NCBI RefSeq assembly: GCF_009834535.1
Contig: NC_045696.1
Span: forward strand, 92,630,001-92,694,000
DNA: 64,000 bases
DNA from: Camelus ferus
Taxonomy: Eukaryota
Reading direction: 5' to 3'
In this document: one piece after another, positions 39,226-53,869 of the stretch
Position numbering within the stretch: position 1 is the first letter of the stretch
How the letters are laid out: every line of letters starts with the position of its first letter
Notes under the pieces: generated by a model
The model's database searches: none
What the model was told of the DNA's origin: nothing
What the model saw: the letters and a program-made list of their open reading frames with translations, nothing else
Translations under genes and position numbers: made by a program

Positions 39226-42200
39226 CTGTAGATTTAAGGAAGAGAATCAGTGAAGAATCTCTAGCTGCTCATTTTTATACAAAGTCTATGCCCTCTCCTG
39301 CATGTACCACTGAGAAAAAGACTCAATACAGGTTCTGAGATTTTGTTATGTTTCCAGTGTATTGTAGCAGATCCAGATTCAATCACAGCTAATTAACAGC
39401 CTCCTATACAGCTTAATTATGTTTACTTATTGCAATATGTGAAAGTTTATCAATTAAACAATCACCCGTTAATAAGCACAAACGTCCAAATATGTAACAC
39501 CAATGTATCTATGAAGGTTAGCCTGAATTTGTTTTGTTTTCCTCATCAATGGAGAAAGTAAACAAGAATTCTCAAAGGAGACGGAGAAAACAGAGGTCTT
39601 CTGCAAGGTAAGGAGTAAAGTAGGTCACAGGAGGACAACTGACAGTATTATGAAGGCCCTGAAAGACTCAGAGCACAATACTTTACAATAAAGAATGGCA
39701 GAGAATGTGAAGAATTACCTAACTTTGCCTGTTTAAAACCTGTCCAACGTTCCCAACAGTTTTACCTGTGACCCAGGAATGGAAGCTAACATGATTTGCC
39801 TCACATGCCCTGCTCTCAGAGCCCAAGTCAAAATTATTACTTAGCTACATTATAATTTATGGAACATTCTATGGGTTAATTTGGGAATAGAACTATTATT
39901 ATAAAGAAAGTTGAACACTGAGGCCTATATCTCTCAACCTCTGATACATCTAACTTTGGTCCTCAGCATTCAACCAAAAGAATTTTACAATACTTCAAAT
40001 ATTTTGAATTTTACATAAAAATTCAGATTTTGAGGTTTCCTTTAGGAAAAAGGAGGGGGGAAAACCTGTCAACACTGGACCTTCACCCTCACGTGGCTAC
40101 AAATAACTGGAATCACAGGGAGACTTGCACCTTCAGACTACTCATGCTCTCCAGTTTGCCACACATGCCCAGTTACACAGTACAGGCATACTTATGCTCT
40201 TTACTCAATTTAAGGTATTTTCAAACTCTTTTTAAGTTTGAATTTGTAGAAATTCTAATTTATCTGTATTTCTAAAAGAAAATGCATTCCAAGATCTAAC
40301 TAAAATCTACTTACAAATAAATTTGGACTACAATTCACTTTATAATCAGCAGTTGCTTGCCACATAAAAACATATAAACCAAAATGTTAGACTTATAATA
40401 CATCCAGAAAAATAATGTAACTCAATTTCATAAAAATTACAAGCTAGCATATAGTTTTTTAATATATAACAATAATTTCAGGGAGCGCAAAAGCCCTAAT
40501 CTTTGAACTTTGTACTGGTAACATGAATTATGGTACACATTACATCAGTTAGCTTATTTCCTGGCAAAAGAAACTGATAACAACCTACTCAGATGATAAA
40601 TGGGACATCTTTAAGATAACAATTTTAAAGGGATGCGGGGTTAGCCCAAAGGGTAAATATATAACATAGCTCCTTAAAAATGCAGAAGATAGAATTCTAT
40701 AAAACATGTTTAATAATCAAGATCTCTAGAATTTCAGTATGTTTTATTTAGTTTTATAAAGGATAAGCACCATGGGACTGCCCAGCATTCCTCATTAATC
40801 TGCTAAACAACTCAAGGCTGTAAGATTCTTAATACTATTAAAAAGAAAAGGCAATGGACTTAGTCAAGGATAAAACTCAAGCAGCACTTAAACCAATTAT
40901 GAAAATTCTTATCTCAATAAGTCTTAAGATGAGCTAATTACCCATTCTGAGTTTTCTATTTCTATTGTGCTATTATTTTGAAATTAAATTGCAATTACCA
41001 GGCCCAGTAAGCCCCCCAAGGCATTCGATACCAATTTTATGTATTAGACAGATGAAGGTTCTGAAAACAGGTTAAGATGTCTCTCATGTCATAAACCTAA
41101 AACTTATTCTAGAAAAAGGGTGTCAAATAGCTATCTCAGCAAAAAGGATTATAGCAATGAAGGCCTCAGTACTATAGTTCCTACTCTTCTACACAGAGAA
41201 GAAGCTCTAGGCATGAGCAGGACCTAAGAACCATTTATGAACAGGTAATTAGGTGACAAGAAAAAAAAAAATTAGACTTCTATTACCACGAATTGGTTAC
41301 CCTATTCTAAAACATCTGGTCTAGATTAGTTTGCTGGGGCTTTGTTTGTTTTGTTTGTTTGTGGTGGCGGGAATGAAGGAGCTTGGATTTAACATTCATA
41401 TTTCTTGCAATTTTTTGATTCCCTTAAAACTGGTTCTCTCTGGCAAATCAAGACAGTTGAATTAGATGAACTCAAAGGATCCCTTCTTGCCCTAAAATTC
41501 TACAGTTTAAAAGGGATAGCTGTTTTAAATCTGCATCCTAAAACTAGAATAGGGTTAAATTTAAGCCTGCCTTTTCTGATTTCCAATTCACTCTATTTCA
41601 GAAATAAGAATCACAAGAAAATTTATACACGTCTATGGAGTTTTAAAGTTAACCATTTTTCTAATGGAAAAAAATGTGTTTTTAAAAAGAACACATTATA
41701 TTTTGAAAGAAACATAGCATTAAGGTTTAAGAGCCATTTAAGGATATAAACTGCAGTTGCCTGCTTCTGAATAATGCTCTTTATAAAGAATGAACATTAA
41801 TTCCATGAGAGAAGACACTGCATCAACCCGAAATAGTTGTTAAAGGAAAAAGCTATGTAAGTTAGATGTCGTTTTGACTAGATTTAAGAGTACATGCTGT
41901 GGAATTAGCCCTTATATTAGACTTAGGAAGTCTTCATACTAGAAACTAGTCTCTGGGGATAAGAAGCAGAGACATATTGTACACAGGATCTAATCCAGGT
42001 ATTCTAGCTATTATATATGTTCCTTTGATCAAATGCACTGGGATCAATGAATGAGTGAATGACCATAATAGTAAATCTAAGCCTGACCGAGAAATCCTAT
42101 AAAACATAAGATATTTAAAATATGATATGATAAATTCTTGTAACTGTGCATTTAAAATTAAGGTAATCTTTTCCTTTTTTTTTTTTAAATCAGAGCCATG

Positions 42201-42328
42201 AGAAATTTCTTGTAAAACCATTCCATGTCTTATTTTCATTAAAAAATTCAGCACCCTGGCAAATTAATAATAAAATATCCCACAATCTAAGCTCAACCTT
42301 CTCAGAAAAACGTAAGTGAAAAGTCTAC

Positions 42329-42510
42329 CGGAACCCTTGCTCCTTTATGGCAAACGCTGGTGTTTCCAAGGGGAAGATTTCAGACTGCACAAACAGTTCC
42401 CTCACTCTTCGGTCTATGACTTTCCCGTATTGAGCACCCGCATCCAGAATGACAACAGCTCCTTCATAGTGGTGGTGGCCATCCTTAAGGTCTCCTCCGG
42501 CATTCTCCAG
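42329..42510 (-). CDS. GMPS: GMPS exon 2 (LENAGG...KEQGFR)
   Basis: Acceptor tttgcag|CTG, donor CG|gtagac; 182 nt; overlaps ORF 42325..42516. Confidence 0.98.
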
Positions 42511-42767
42511 CTGCAAATATTAACACAAATGTCTACTTAATTATAAAAATTAGAGCTACTTTCAAAAATTGTGATCACAGCAGCTCCAAAAACACACAGA
42601 AACAAAAATGGTTAATTTAGGATTTTGAGTTGCCAACTCAAAATACTTCTTTTAAAGGAAAGAGTTTTACATATATTCATCCACAGGAATAAATAAAAGC
42701 TACCATCTATTGACTACATGATATAGTCACTTTATGTTTAAAGAATCTTCTGCACATTATCCAGTAA

Positions 42768-42908
42768 TAGGGTAAGCATACAACCCAGCTAAGTCAAAAT
42801 ATAGTACTGGTTTATGCCATGCCTGTTATACTGGCATTATCATTAATAGTGCCTCCTTCAAATTTCAAAAGCATCCCAGTTTGGACAATAAATTATATGA
42901 CCGCCCTA
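42768..42908. mobile_element. hAT-Blackjack MITE (MER94/MER81-like)
   Basis: TIR-like tagggtaagcata / tatgaccgcccta, about 140 bp. Confidence 0.65.
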
Positions 42909-44131
42909 TCTAATAGTCACAGCATCCCTGTGAGGGACATACTGATGAGGAACTGAAAGTTCCCTGCCAGAGTATAAGCATGCCCAAATTCACTTTACTA
43001 GCATTTTTATATTACCTGAGAAAAATTATACATATGCATCTAACCCACAAGAGTAAAATTTTAAAAACATTTTTTAATCTTATCTCTGACAAGTGTGCAT
43101 TGAGAACATTTTTTTGGGAGAGCAATTCAGAAAAACGTAAAACCTTAACTCTGTGTGCTGAAATATTTAGCCGGAGTGTGCTAAAATATTTACCTGGAAC
43201 TGGTTTCAAAATAAAGCAAAAGTAGGTAGGTATGGATGAAACAAGATTGCCTACGTACTGAAATCATTGAAACTGGGTGATACATACATTGTGTTTACTT
43301 TAGTCTCTCTCCTGTTTTTATAAATTTTACATGAGAAAAAGCTTTAAAATGTTTATGTACCCTGGAAAGTCACTTGGAGAAAGCATATACAATATGATCC
43401 CATTTCAAAACATTTTGTGTAAAAGTGCAAGAGTGTATATGTATGAGAAGAAAATGTATAGACAGATTACACACTAAAAGATTAACAGAGGCTGTATCTG
43501 AGTAACGAAACTAGTAAGCTATTTAAAATTTGTCTTTTAGACTCTTCAGTATGTTCTAAATGTTTACAACAGATGTATTTTTGGAGTTTTCCCCCCTCCA
43601 GTTGTAAAATTTGTACATTAGAAAACCTTATAAACCAGTTCTTAAAGGCACTTACACAATCCTTTCACCCTTCTTGCGTCTCCATTTATGTGAGATGCAG
43701 ACCTCACACCACCACTCACCCTTCTGCAGTAAGCGAAAAAGCAACAATCATAGCCACATCTACAGAGGAGGATTTGTGAGAGGGACCTAACCACAGTCCA
43801 GAAGGAATTACTCAGATCACAAAAATGAAGGTTTTAATCACATGAACACTGAACAATGTAGAAAAATCTGATCATGGAAAACAGAAGTTTATAGAATATA
43901 TTAGTTCAAGAAATGCTAAAACTTTCTCCTTTCATACCATTACCTTTAGTCTTTCTGTATACACACCCTTTAAGATTAAGGAATTTATCTAAAAATTCTT
44001 AATCTATTTTTAGTAAAGATTAAAGTATTTTTAAAAGATTACTATGTTATTGTGTAAGTTTCTGATACGGTTCCATTATCACCTTCAAAATTTTCATCAA
44101 ATACAAGGACAACCTATTTTTTTCATATTAC

Positions 44132-45083
44132 AAGCAGAGTTCTCACTATGTATAATTTTGAAATGCATGAATTTCATGCTATGTTTTATATCAAGGTTTA
44201 GTTAACGAAAAACAGTCCCTAACATCATGGTTCAAATTTCAGTTAACATATATTAACTGTAATTACATACAGTACAAACCTTGCTCATCAATCCACAAGT
44301 TATCAAGTAAACAGCAGGTGAACATCATGATCAGTGACCAAGCCCGTTCTTTCTTTCAAAGTCTGTTGGTGACTAGTCACTGCACAACAAACAGCCAAGA
44401 GTGTGGTAGTGTTGCCTCCTTGTTGTCCGGCGGTAAGTCCACATCACATTTTACACATATGGATAAACCAAAGAAGTGGTCTGACAAGCAAAATCAAAGT
44501 GCAGCAAAGAAATGAAAAGTGATATGCTGGAAGTGAAATTCGAGTCCAGCGTGAATGGAGTTATAGAAGAAATAGCTGGCCGCGGCAATGTTGGCACTGC
44601 TGCTGTGTGAGCCCCTCTAGATGTGCAGTCAGACCCACTTAGTGAAGGAAAACTTATCAACATCAATGAGGGAAGCAGTTGTGATAAAAAGGATGACAAT
44701 GTCCCAGAGGAAATGACTCCAGGGAATTATTCCCAATTAAAGAAACTCTGAGATATTTCATGACATGCAAAGGATAAAATATTGAAAACCATCAAAGCAC
44801 AGAAAAGATCTGAAGGGAAACACTGTGTAAAAAACTTATCAAGAGTAGTTTAAAAAGAAAAGCAATTCTCAGTGTTTCTAATGTTTTAAGTCATACCAAA
44901 TAGTAGTTTCACTATTTTCCCTATCCTTTTATAATTAATAGTAAGACTTAATATGTCAACAAAGTTTTGTAAAAGTCACAAAACCATCGTAATTTTTCCA
45001 TTGATTTTAAGATTGCTTTGCATGGTTTCAGCTGGTAAGATCATTTTTATGATCATTTTACTATTGTGCAGCAAGGACTGTCT
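44132..45083. mobile_element. TcMar-Tigger relic (Tigger13a-like)
   Basis: Terminal ttgctttgcatggtttcagct...gtgcagcaaggactgtc and internal aatggagttatagaagaaatagctg motif. Confidence 0.6.
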
Positions 45084-45730
45084 ATTTGTTTAAATCAACA
45101 AATTTTTACTTAAATAAATTGATTTTAAAAGAAAAGTTTTGTTTCCTTAGTATGTTTTAAAATGTTCAATCAAATGACACCAGAGATCACTGAGGAAACA
45201 CGGTATCCTTGGCCTCATATCTTTCTACCTCAGCTATCAACTTGCCTATCCAGCACAAAGCTTCAACAACTCAGGGAAAAGCAAAAAGGTCACCAGTAAT
45301 AAAAGCAAAAGTTTCTTTCTCTTTCCCTAAAAACCTTGAATCTATTTACTCCTACTTCACATAAAGTTGAAAGTTTGATCATTAGACTTACAAAACTTCA
45401 CCAGATTAGAAAAAGTAGCCTAATGAGAAAAATAGCTCAGTAGTCACATCAATAGTAGAGACAAATGAAATTCCACATCGCAAGACAGAAAAACCTATTT
45501 TATCTATTTATAGCATCTATTAAAAAGTAAAAACGAAAGTCTAAAGGTTTAAGGTTAACCCCCCTCTCAAGTGACCTAGGTAATCACAATAAAGTAAGTG
45601 ATGTTCATAAAGATATCTTTTAAGACAGCAAAAAAAAAAAACATTAAGGAAAAACTAAACCATATTCAGAACCCTATTGAAGAATAAAGCAAAAGAATCT
45701 TGCAGATTCTGTAGAGATGGAAATGGCACT

Positions 45731-45889
45731 GGGGAAGGGTATATATAGCTCAAGTAACAGAATGCATGCTAAGCATACATGAGGTCCTGGGTGCAGTCTT
45801 CAGTTATCTCCATTAAAAAAAAAAACCTAATTAATAAATAACTAGACCTAATGACCTCCCCACCTCCAAAAAAAAAAAAAAAAAAAAAA
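45731..45889 (+). mobile_element. tRNA-derived SINE (Vic-1-like)
   Basis: Same head and body as 6056; poly-A tail; TSD agatggaaatggca at 45715-45728 and 45890-45903. Confidence 0.88.
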
Positions 45890-47730
45890 AGATGGAAATG
45901 GCATCATTTGGGGATCTTCTTGAATTCCCAAATATCACTGAACAACCAGACAGCAAACCAAAACCCAAGACATACATAACTAAATGACAAGTTATTCCCC
46001 CAAGAATCCCAAAATGCAAGCTGGTGGGAACTAAACAGTCACAATCCCTAGTGTTAACAGCAGCTGTGTGCCTCATGTAACAACCAGGTCTCATAAAAGA
46101 ATCTGAGGATAGAATTCCAAAATAGCCAACAGGTACTAGCTAGAAAGCACAGGGGCCAATGTAAGAACAGTAGCTGCACTGGGAAGTGTGCCCACTCTTA
46201 ACGGTGCACAGGTGGCAACAAACAGGCCAGAGCTCCCTTCCAGGTCAGAGCTCACAGTAAGGAGCAACTGCTGGGAGCAGAATCAAAATTAAGTAGGATA
46301 AGGACAAGGCAAAAGGAAAACAGAAGGGCCAGACTTAAGGAGAATGAATCAGTGCCAGGAATGCTCAGAAAACAAACTGCCATGATTTAACATAAGAGGG
46401 AACTCTATCAAAAGTTGCAGACATTATCTGAATATTCGTTCTAAAAATTCAAGAGATTAAATTTACATAAAAGAGAAACAATAAGCAGAGAAGTTAAATC
46501 CCATACAAAGTTACTAAAAGTAAAAAAGGAAATAAGGAATAAAATAATATTTCTAAAGAGAGTAAGTCAGAAAGACATACTCAACAGATCAAAACTGGAA
46601 TGTATTATTTCTAAGTGAGCTAAAGACATTAAGCAAATTATGCAAAGCATGAAAGAATATGAATCAAAATTTGACTATGAACACAGAATGACCAATCCCA
46701 AGACATCCTCTTAATAGTATTATGGGGCTTTAAAGAAAAAATTTTTTAAATATTTTGGGTAAAAAGCACACAACTTCTAATTCACTCAACTGAACACTCG
46801 TTACGTGTAGATTTCCTTATCTATGTTTCATTTTACAATAAAGAAAAAGAAGGGAATTAATATTTAGTTTGTACCTATTATTTAAGGTGTTTTACATATT
46901 TTCTTATTCATAAAGTATTTCTGTTTTACAGACAAAGAAAATGTTACTTCCCTGGTAACAGGACTAAAATGGTAGGTCTTTTCAAACTCCAAGACAATTA
47001 GCACTACAGAAGGTAGTAATATAAATATGCATCGTATTTTTGGAAGACTACCTTCAAAGTTACTTTTTTAATATCTTGGTGCCTTATTAAAAGGGGTAAA
47101 GCGTTATTATTTTTAAGTTTGCTTACATGAGTGAAATAATGTTCTGCTGATGTCTGAGAAAATATATAAATGATTTTGGAAACTGAATTTCATCAACACT
47201 AAACTTACTTGGGTAGATGCCTTTGAAAGGCCTTTCAAAATAGAAGACTTCAATTGTTGAAACAAAATTAAAAGTTTCAGGATTAAAAAAGATTTTAAAA
47301 ACACCTACCCACACACATTTTAGTGATCTGGGATTCTCAACTGCCCAAAATAATCCTTTCATTACCAAAAGGCTACTGGAAGATTGACCACAATACTTAA
47401 TCCAATCTCACCACACCTGTAACTAAAAAAAACAGTACATTCACACCCATAACTAAAAAAATAGTACATTTCTTCACAAAATTATCCAACACCTCAGGTA
47501 CTTTAGATGAATCAACTTCACTGAAGGTTTTTCACAAGAGACCATCACCTCACATACAACGTTGAAGTTTGAGCTTACAACCAAAGGATTAAATCAAAGA
47601 GTCAGACTCTAGCTCTTGACCTTATACTATGCTTGCTCTACCCTCCTTTGATTTTGAAAAATTACAAACCTACAAGAAGTTGAAAATCAAAAGCATCCTC
47701 TACCTAAATTTAACAATCAGTAACATTTTA

Positions 47731-47825
47731 GGGGGGTGGAGACAGCTTAGTGGTAGAGCTGCATGCTTAGTGTGCACGAGGTCCTGAGTTCAATCGCCAG
47801 TACCTCTATTAAAAAAAAAAAAAAA
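47731..47825 (+). mobile_element. Short tRNA-derived SINE (Vic-1-like, lacks 3' module)
   Basis: tRNA-like head directly followed by poly-A; TSD taacatttt at 47721-47729 and 47827-47835. Confidence 0.87.
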
Positions 47826-50800
47826 CTAACATTTTGCTTCATTTGTTTTATTTATATTTATGTATACTTCCCCGCTCCCTGAAAAACTGGAGACTAAACT
47901 GTAAATACTTAGCTCCCCAAAAAAACTTTCCATCATGTAGCTCCTACAAAGAGGGATATTCTCCTACACAATTACAATACCATTATCACACCCAACAAAT
48001 TAAACACTAATATTATGTATTTCCCCAAATGTCACAAATACCCTTATGGCTTTTTTAAAAATTCCAGGACCCTACCAAAGACAACTTTGCACACACATTA
48101 ATCTAGAACTACTCACCTCTTCACCTTTTTATGGTCCTTCACAACATGGACATTTTTAAAAGTTCAGAGCAAGCTTTTTGCAGAATGACCCACAACCAGG
48201 ATCTATTTGTTGCCTCAAGATTATACTCTAGATAAATCTTTTTTTTTTTTTTTGTAAAATTGGCAACAATTTTACATTGATGATGATTTTACATTGACTT
48301 CTCCTGATGTGATACAACGGCAAGGACACAATGCCATTTTGTTCCGCTACCAGGGATATCTACTTTGATCACTTGATTCACATGACTGTGTGCTTGAAAG
48401 AAAAAAAGAAAATCTGATTTAAGCCCTCCCCCTGCTTAAAATCCTATAGCAACTCTCCCTTAGAATAAAGTTCAATAAAGGCGAAAATACTTTCGAAGCC
48501 CTATGATGCCTTGGCCTACTCTTTTGCCTAAATTGTCATTTTAAACTTTCCACAGCCCTTCAGAGTCGTATGCTGTCCTCTCTGGCTGAAAAATCCCAAC
48601 ATGGATGAATCAATCTCAGATACGTCAACTGAAAGGAATCAGACATCTCTGAAATCATGCTATAACTTAAATTTTCCATTAGCCCAATGACAAAACTGTC
48701 ATTGCCAAGGTCATAGTTACATACAATTTGACATAAAACCCCTTAGGGGAGAGTGATTCCCAGAATCTCTCAGTTAATTTTCCTTAGAGCAGAAAGATGC
48801 CCCAATAGTTCAGGGAAAGAAACACAGGTGAGCTTGGCTGAAAGTCATCTAGAATAGACATGCTGGAGCTTTCTGTAATTCATCAAGTATGTCATTTCCC
48901 TATTCATTCTATGCACAGTTGAGAAAGATCCCTGGAAAGTACAGTGGCTTGTTATTCCTACTGGTATCACTGAACAAGTGCAATCCCTTAACATTTCAGT
49001 CAGCAAAGCTTTTTACAAACCATTTGAAGAAGGACTGAGTTCTGGTTATTACCTGAAAAACTTCCATTGACATCTTCTGGTAAGATTAAGGAAGCACTAG
49101 TGTCAAAAATTCCAGAATGAGTTGTCAATGGCCTGGAAAAAAAATCCCAGAAATAATTGAGCATCCTCAAGAAATACTGAATCATCAAAATTCTTGATGG
49201 AATAAAAGATCTGTGGAAAAACAGGACCTGGACAACTCAAGTCAAAAAGTAATTCAGAAGAGGCTAAATGTGAATAAGGTTTAGAAACACTAAAACTATT
49301 TCATATAAATATAGAGATCTTTTATCTACATCTAGTTGGTATGTGATTCTTTAAAAAAAAAAAGTAAGTCTGCTACAATATATAAAAAAAATTCTAGGTG
49401 CAATTACTGAATACAGGTGACAGTGATTCAGTTGTTCATTTTATGTAACAAATGTATAAAATGCCTATAGTTATACACCTAAGAAAAATCTAGAAGTCAT
49501 GCGACATCCCCTGATGCAATAATACACAACACTGAATATACATTTAGTCGTTTAAGCAATGCTTACTTATTACCGACCGTTTCACGTTACCTACATTATG
49601 ATCACTGACTTTTGTTCCATTTGTCCTATAATTTCAACACATTTGTAGATATTAAATATTATAATTTTGATCACTCAATTTGTTTGAATTCATTCTCTCT
49701 CTCGTTTAATCCAAGTATGCAACCTACAGGCCTCAAATGGAATATCATCAATAAGTTACTATGTTTAAGTTTTCAGTGTTCAACAAGTTTGGGAAATACA
49801 AGTCCCTAGTGAAATATGGTGTTGACATAGCCGTTCAATGTTCTTGGTTAGTTAATGAGTTCATACATTGAGGAAACACTCTTCCCTAATGAGATTTCAA
49901 GCCTGTAGTTATTCATCACTCTTATTTTGTTTCTACATGTTATTTGGGGCCATGCTACTATCATTTCGGTATTATCTTTCTAATTTCTAATTAAATTATT
50001 TTTTCTCCTTTTCTGAACTAATCTGTAGTACTTCTGATTAGAACATCATCTTCTCTTGAGTAAACAACTGTAGCTTTTGATTCTTCAAAGTCATTATAAA
50101 TCCTCTTCTCCCCTATCTACAAAGGTACGAACAGCTCCTTTCAAATTCAAATGGGCACCATTCCTGAACAGTCTGAACGTATTATCTAAATCAATGAATT
50201 AAAAAGCAGTTTAGCTCAGACTCAGATACTACTTTTAGCAGCCACTTAAAGACAGCCATAACCCATATACACAAACCCTAATCATGGAAGTGGTTGAGAA
50301 ATTTCAGCTTCTCAGATAAAATATAGCATTAATGGGTTTAATTTATACATATGATCACTGGGTAATAAAATAAACACACAATTCTAAATTATCTTTCTTT
50401 TCTAACTTCAAGGGAAATAAAAAATTATTCCAGTGTCACAATTTCTAATTCTAATTTTTAAACCTTTTGAAATCAATGATCTATTTTCCCCTTTGATTTC
50501 AATGATCCTAAAAGAGGTCTTTTGAGAAAGTTATAGCAATGTTATTTGGTTGACAAACTATAACTAAGAAAACTTGGCACTGTTGATTAAAATTAAAGTA
50601 CACTATTCTTTACCTCATTTTAAATCCTTAAAAAGTTTTATTATAGCTACTTTTCCCATTCAATGGTCAGCATTAGCCAACTGAGAAACAAGGTGATCTC
50701 TAGATAAATCAAAACTACTATTAATTAGCCCAAATCATTCTGGGTTTTTTTTTTCTGAAAGTTGGCAATATACACACCCAAACAGCATTCAGTAACTGTT

Positions 50801-52199
50801 GTCATACCACTAAAATATCAGAAGGAAAAGTTCTGAATTATGTTCAACCTGATTTTCTTAGTTACACTCCTCACAGGTTTTTTTCTTTATGTTAACCTTT
50901 AGTTTTCCTGACTGACTCTGCATTCTAATTGTGGCTGAGGTCTATTATTTTAACAAAAAATACTGCCTTGGATTGAATGGGCTACACGACACTATAGAAC
51001 CAAAGGTTCCTTGCAAAGAAGCAAACAAAGAAACAGAAATACAGTTTTAGCCTCCCTTCAGTTCATCACCTCATACTATCAGTATGACCTCAGATGACAA
51101 CACTTTTCAAGCAGAGATGAAAGATAATCAAAGGGCTATCTCTTTAAATATACTGAGTTTGTGAAGAGCTTCAATTTTGCCTCTCTTATAAAATCACTAT
51201 TCCTAAAACACGTTTAAGAATTAGTTTTAGCTTAGAAGAGATCTATACTTTTTTCCGTAAGAAAAACTATAGTTTAAGCAGTAGAATGTCAGTTTTACAG
51301 GTATTCAGCACACAGTCCGTTTTTCAAGATGCTACTATTATACTTCATAATCCCAATCTCCATTCTATATCTTGCCCTTTCAACTGTCACATGTGCCTGA
51401 ACTATACTTTATTGAAAATAATGATGAGTTAATAGAACTTGAAAAAACTATGAACCAAATTTGTGAAAGTTATGGGAAGGAATCAAGTATACATTCTGCT
51501 TTTTTAGTATCAACTCTGCCACAAGTAACCATAGGGTTAATGAGAGAAAGTTCTTTATAACAGTTCCAGAAAAAACAGAATTAGAATATCACCACTTTGC
51601 AATCTCTTATAAAATAATGGATCTAAGTTACTGTGGTCCACAAAAGGACCAGTGCTGGTCTGCAAACTGTCACCAGTCCATAATAGGAAAATGTACATAA
51701 GTTTTATATAAGCATTTATAAACTTATAAAACAAGTTGAGAGAGTAATTTTATTTCCTTGAATCTGTAATAAAAATTTAGGGCTTTTATTCTCTGCATTA
51801 GATTTTTTAATTATAAATATCTAAAAAGGTATTTTACAAAAACAGTAGTTATGGTGGATTGGAATTTTTTAAAAACTGGTTATTTATTGCAGATCTGTGA
51901 GAAGCACTGAATTAGATATTAGCTATTAAAATCATTAGGTAAAAGACTGATGAGGCATTTGACAATGGATGGATAAGACAGCAATGCCCTGAATCAAATG
52001 ACCAATCTTAACCTACAAAAATAGATCAGACACATTTAACTTACTAAGGCACTAAGTAAACATATATGAAGGAATATTAACCACATGTTTGTAACTGCTA
52101 AGCTGAATGATGAGGACATTATAGTCTTTGCTCTATTTGTAGGTATTTTTAATTTTCCATATATAAGAGACTACACTATTCTTCACTGTTTCCTATGTA

Positions 52200-52480
52200 C
52201 ATGCCTTTTGTCAAGTCACTTTGCAGTTTGTCCTATTATAAGCAGAATATATTTCCTCACTCTTGACACTGGGCTCAACCATGAGACCTGCTATGACCAA
52301 TGTAACGCAGGCAGAAGTGATACTGTGCCAAGTCTTAAGCCATCTTAATGCTTCCACTTGTCTCCTGTACTTCTGCCATTATTATGAAAGCACCATGAGC
52401 CTACTTACTCATTGAAAACGATGAGAGCGGTGGAGCTCAGCTGAGTTCAACCACAAACTCCTGGGCATGAAATTAGCATC
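52200..52480 (+). mobile_element. Old MaLR LTR fragment (MLT1I/J/K-like)
   Basis: tatatttcctcactcttgac...catgagacctgctatgaccaatg...gcagaagtga motif. Confidence 0.55.
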
Positions 52481-52631
52481 ACGTCTTTCTGAAAATGTTT
52501 CTAATACTACCTAAGTGAAAGTTCAAAGAACCATCTAACACCAAAGTATCCATGGCAGGTTATGAATCAATAACAAATTGTAATTCTGCTTTCTCTGGCC
52601 ATATATAACAAATACATAAGAATGTAGGGCA

Positions 52632-52720
52632 GTGGGGGAGGGTATAGTTCAAGTGGTAGAGTGCATGCTTAGCATGTATGAGGTCCTGCGTTCAATCACC
52701 AGTATTGCCTCTATAAATAC

Positions 52721-52770
<50 letters not shown>

Positions 52771-52805
52771 ACACAAATCTAATTACTTACCCCCCTCCAA
52801 AAAAT
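52632..52805 (+). mobile_element. tRNA-derived SINE (Vic-1-like) with internal (CA)n
   Basis: Head, then CA repeat, then ctaattacttacccc module; TSD aatgtagggca at 52621-52631 and 52806-52816. Confidence 0.88.
52719..52775. repeat. (CA)n microsatellite
   Basis: Direct reading: about 28 CA units with a few interruptions. Confidence 0.97.
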
Positions 52806-52890
52806 AATGTAGGGCAAATTGTACAAAATGGTTATTATTATGCTTAGTTTTCTGTGACCTCCCTCAACTTCAAAATATACATTACACACA

Positions 52891-53003
52891 GGGGGAGGGT
52901 ACAGCTCAAGTGCGAGAGCCCATGCCTGAGGTCCTGGTTTCAATTCCCAGTATCTCCTCTAAAAAATAAATAAATAAACCTAATTATCTCCTACCTCAAA
53001 AAA
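52891..53003 (+). mobile_element. tRNA-derived SINE (Vic-1-like)
   Basis: gggggagggtacagctcaagtg...cctaattatctcc; degenerate TSD atacat(t)acacaca. Confidence 0.85.
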
Positions 53004-53389
53004 TATATATATATATACATACACACAGTACACTGAATATTTAGCTTTAGTGATTAAAATATAATTGTATACTTACCTCTTTTTTTTAAGGAGGTAACTA
53101 ATGAAGGAAAGACAACAGTGAAGAGAAACCACATAGGGGCACTACTAAATAAACTCTTGAAAAGCTAGGCCTGGTGAACTCAAGAGGCACCACAGGAGAC
53201 AGGGTAATATGCCTCACAAACAAACTGATAGAAATTTTCTTACCAAATAACCTGAAAACAACTTTCATGTGAAGATACTGCACCAATGCTAAGGTTGTTC
53301 AAAACATCTAATGTTATTAAATCCAGAATGCTTCAAGTTCTATTTATTTTCATCAGTTTTATTGTCAAATTATTTTTTAATTTAAAATT

Positions 53390-53572
53390 CACAGATAAAC
53401 AAGTTCATACCGCATAGCACAGGAAACTATATTCAATATCTCACAGTAATCTACAGTGAAAAAGGATATGAAAACAAACATATGTATGTATATGTATGAC
53501 TGAAGCATCCTGTACATCAGAAACTGACACAACATTGTAAGCTGACTGTACTTCGATAAAAATATATATATA
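53390..53572 (+). mobile_element. Short cetartiodactyl/camelid L1 3' end
   Basis: tagcacaggaaactatattcaatatc...cacaacattgtaagctgactgtacttc, flanked by aatttaaaatt repeats. Confidence 0.8.
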
Positions 53573-53869
53573 CAAATTTAAAATTAAAATTGCTACTATC
53601 AAATAAAGTAGTGGTTCATTTCTCTTGGTTTTTATAAACCTATCTAAAAGGAGCTTATTTGTGTACAAACCATATACTATTTTCATTAAAATACAGCTGA
53701 GCAAGATACTTTTAAAAATATCCTTAAGCATAAAATATTATAATAGAACTTTTTATAAGTTTGTTCTACTACACCAAGGTTTATCTCTTCCAGGCATCAA
53801 GGAGCCTATTACTACAGTCTAAATATTCCAAGCTGGAGGAAATGGGAAATACCAAACCTATTAAGGATT

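Noticed and set aside
48800..50200. Possible decayed transposase or pseudogene sequence
   Set aside because: No ORF or motif I could assign confidently; probably old DNA-transposon debris.
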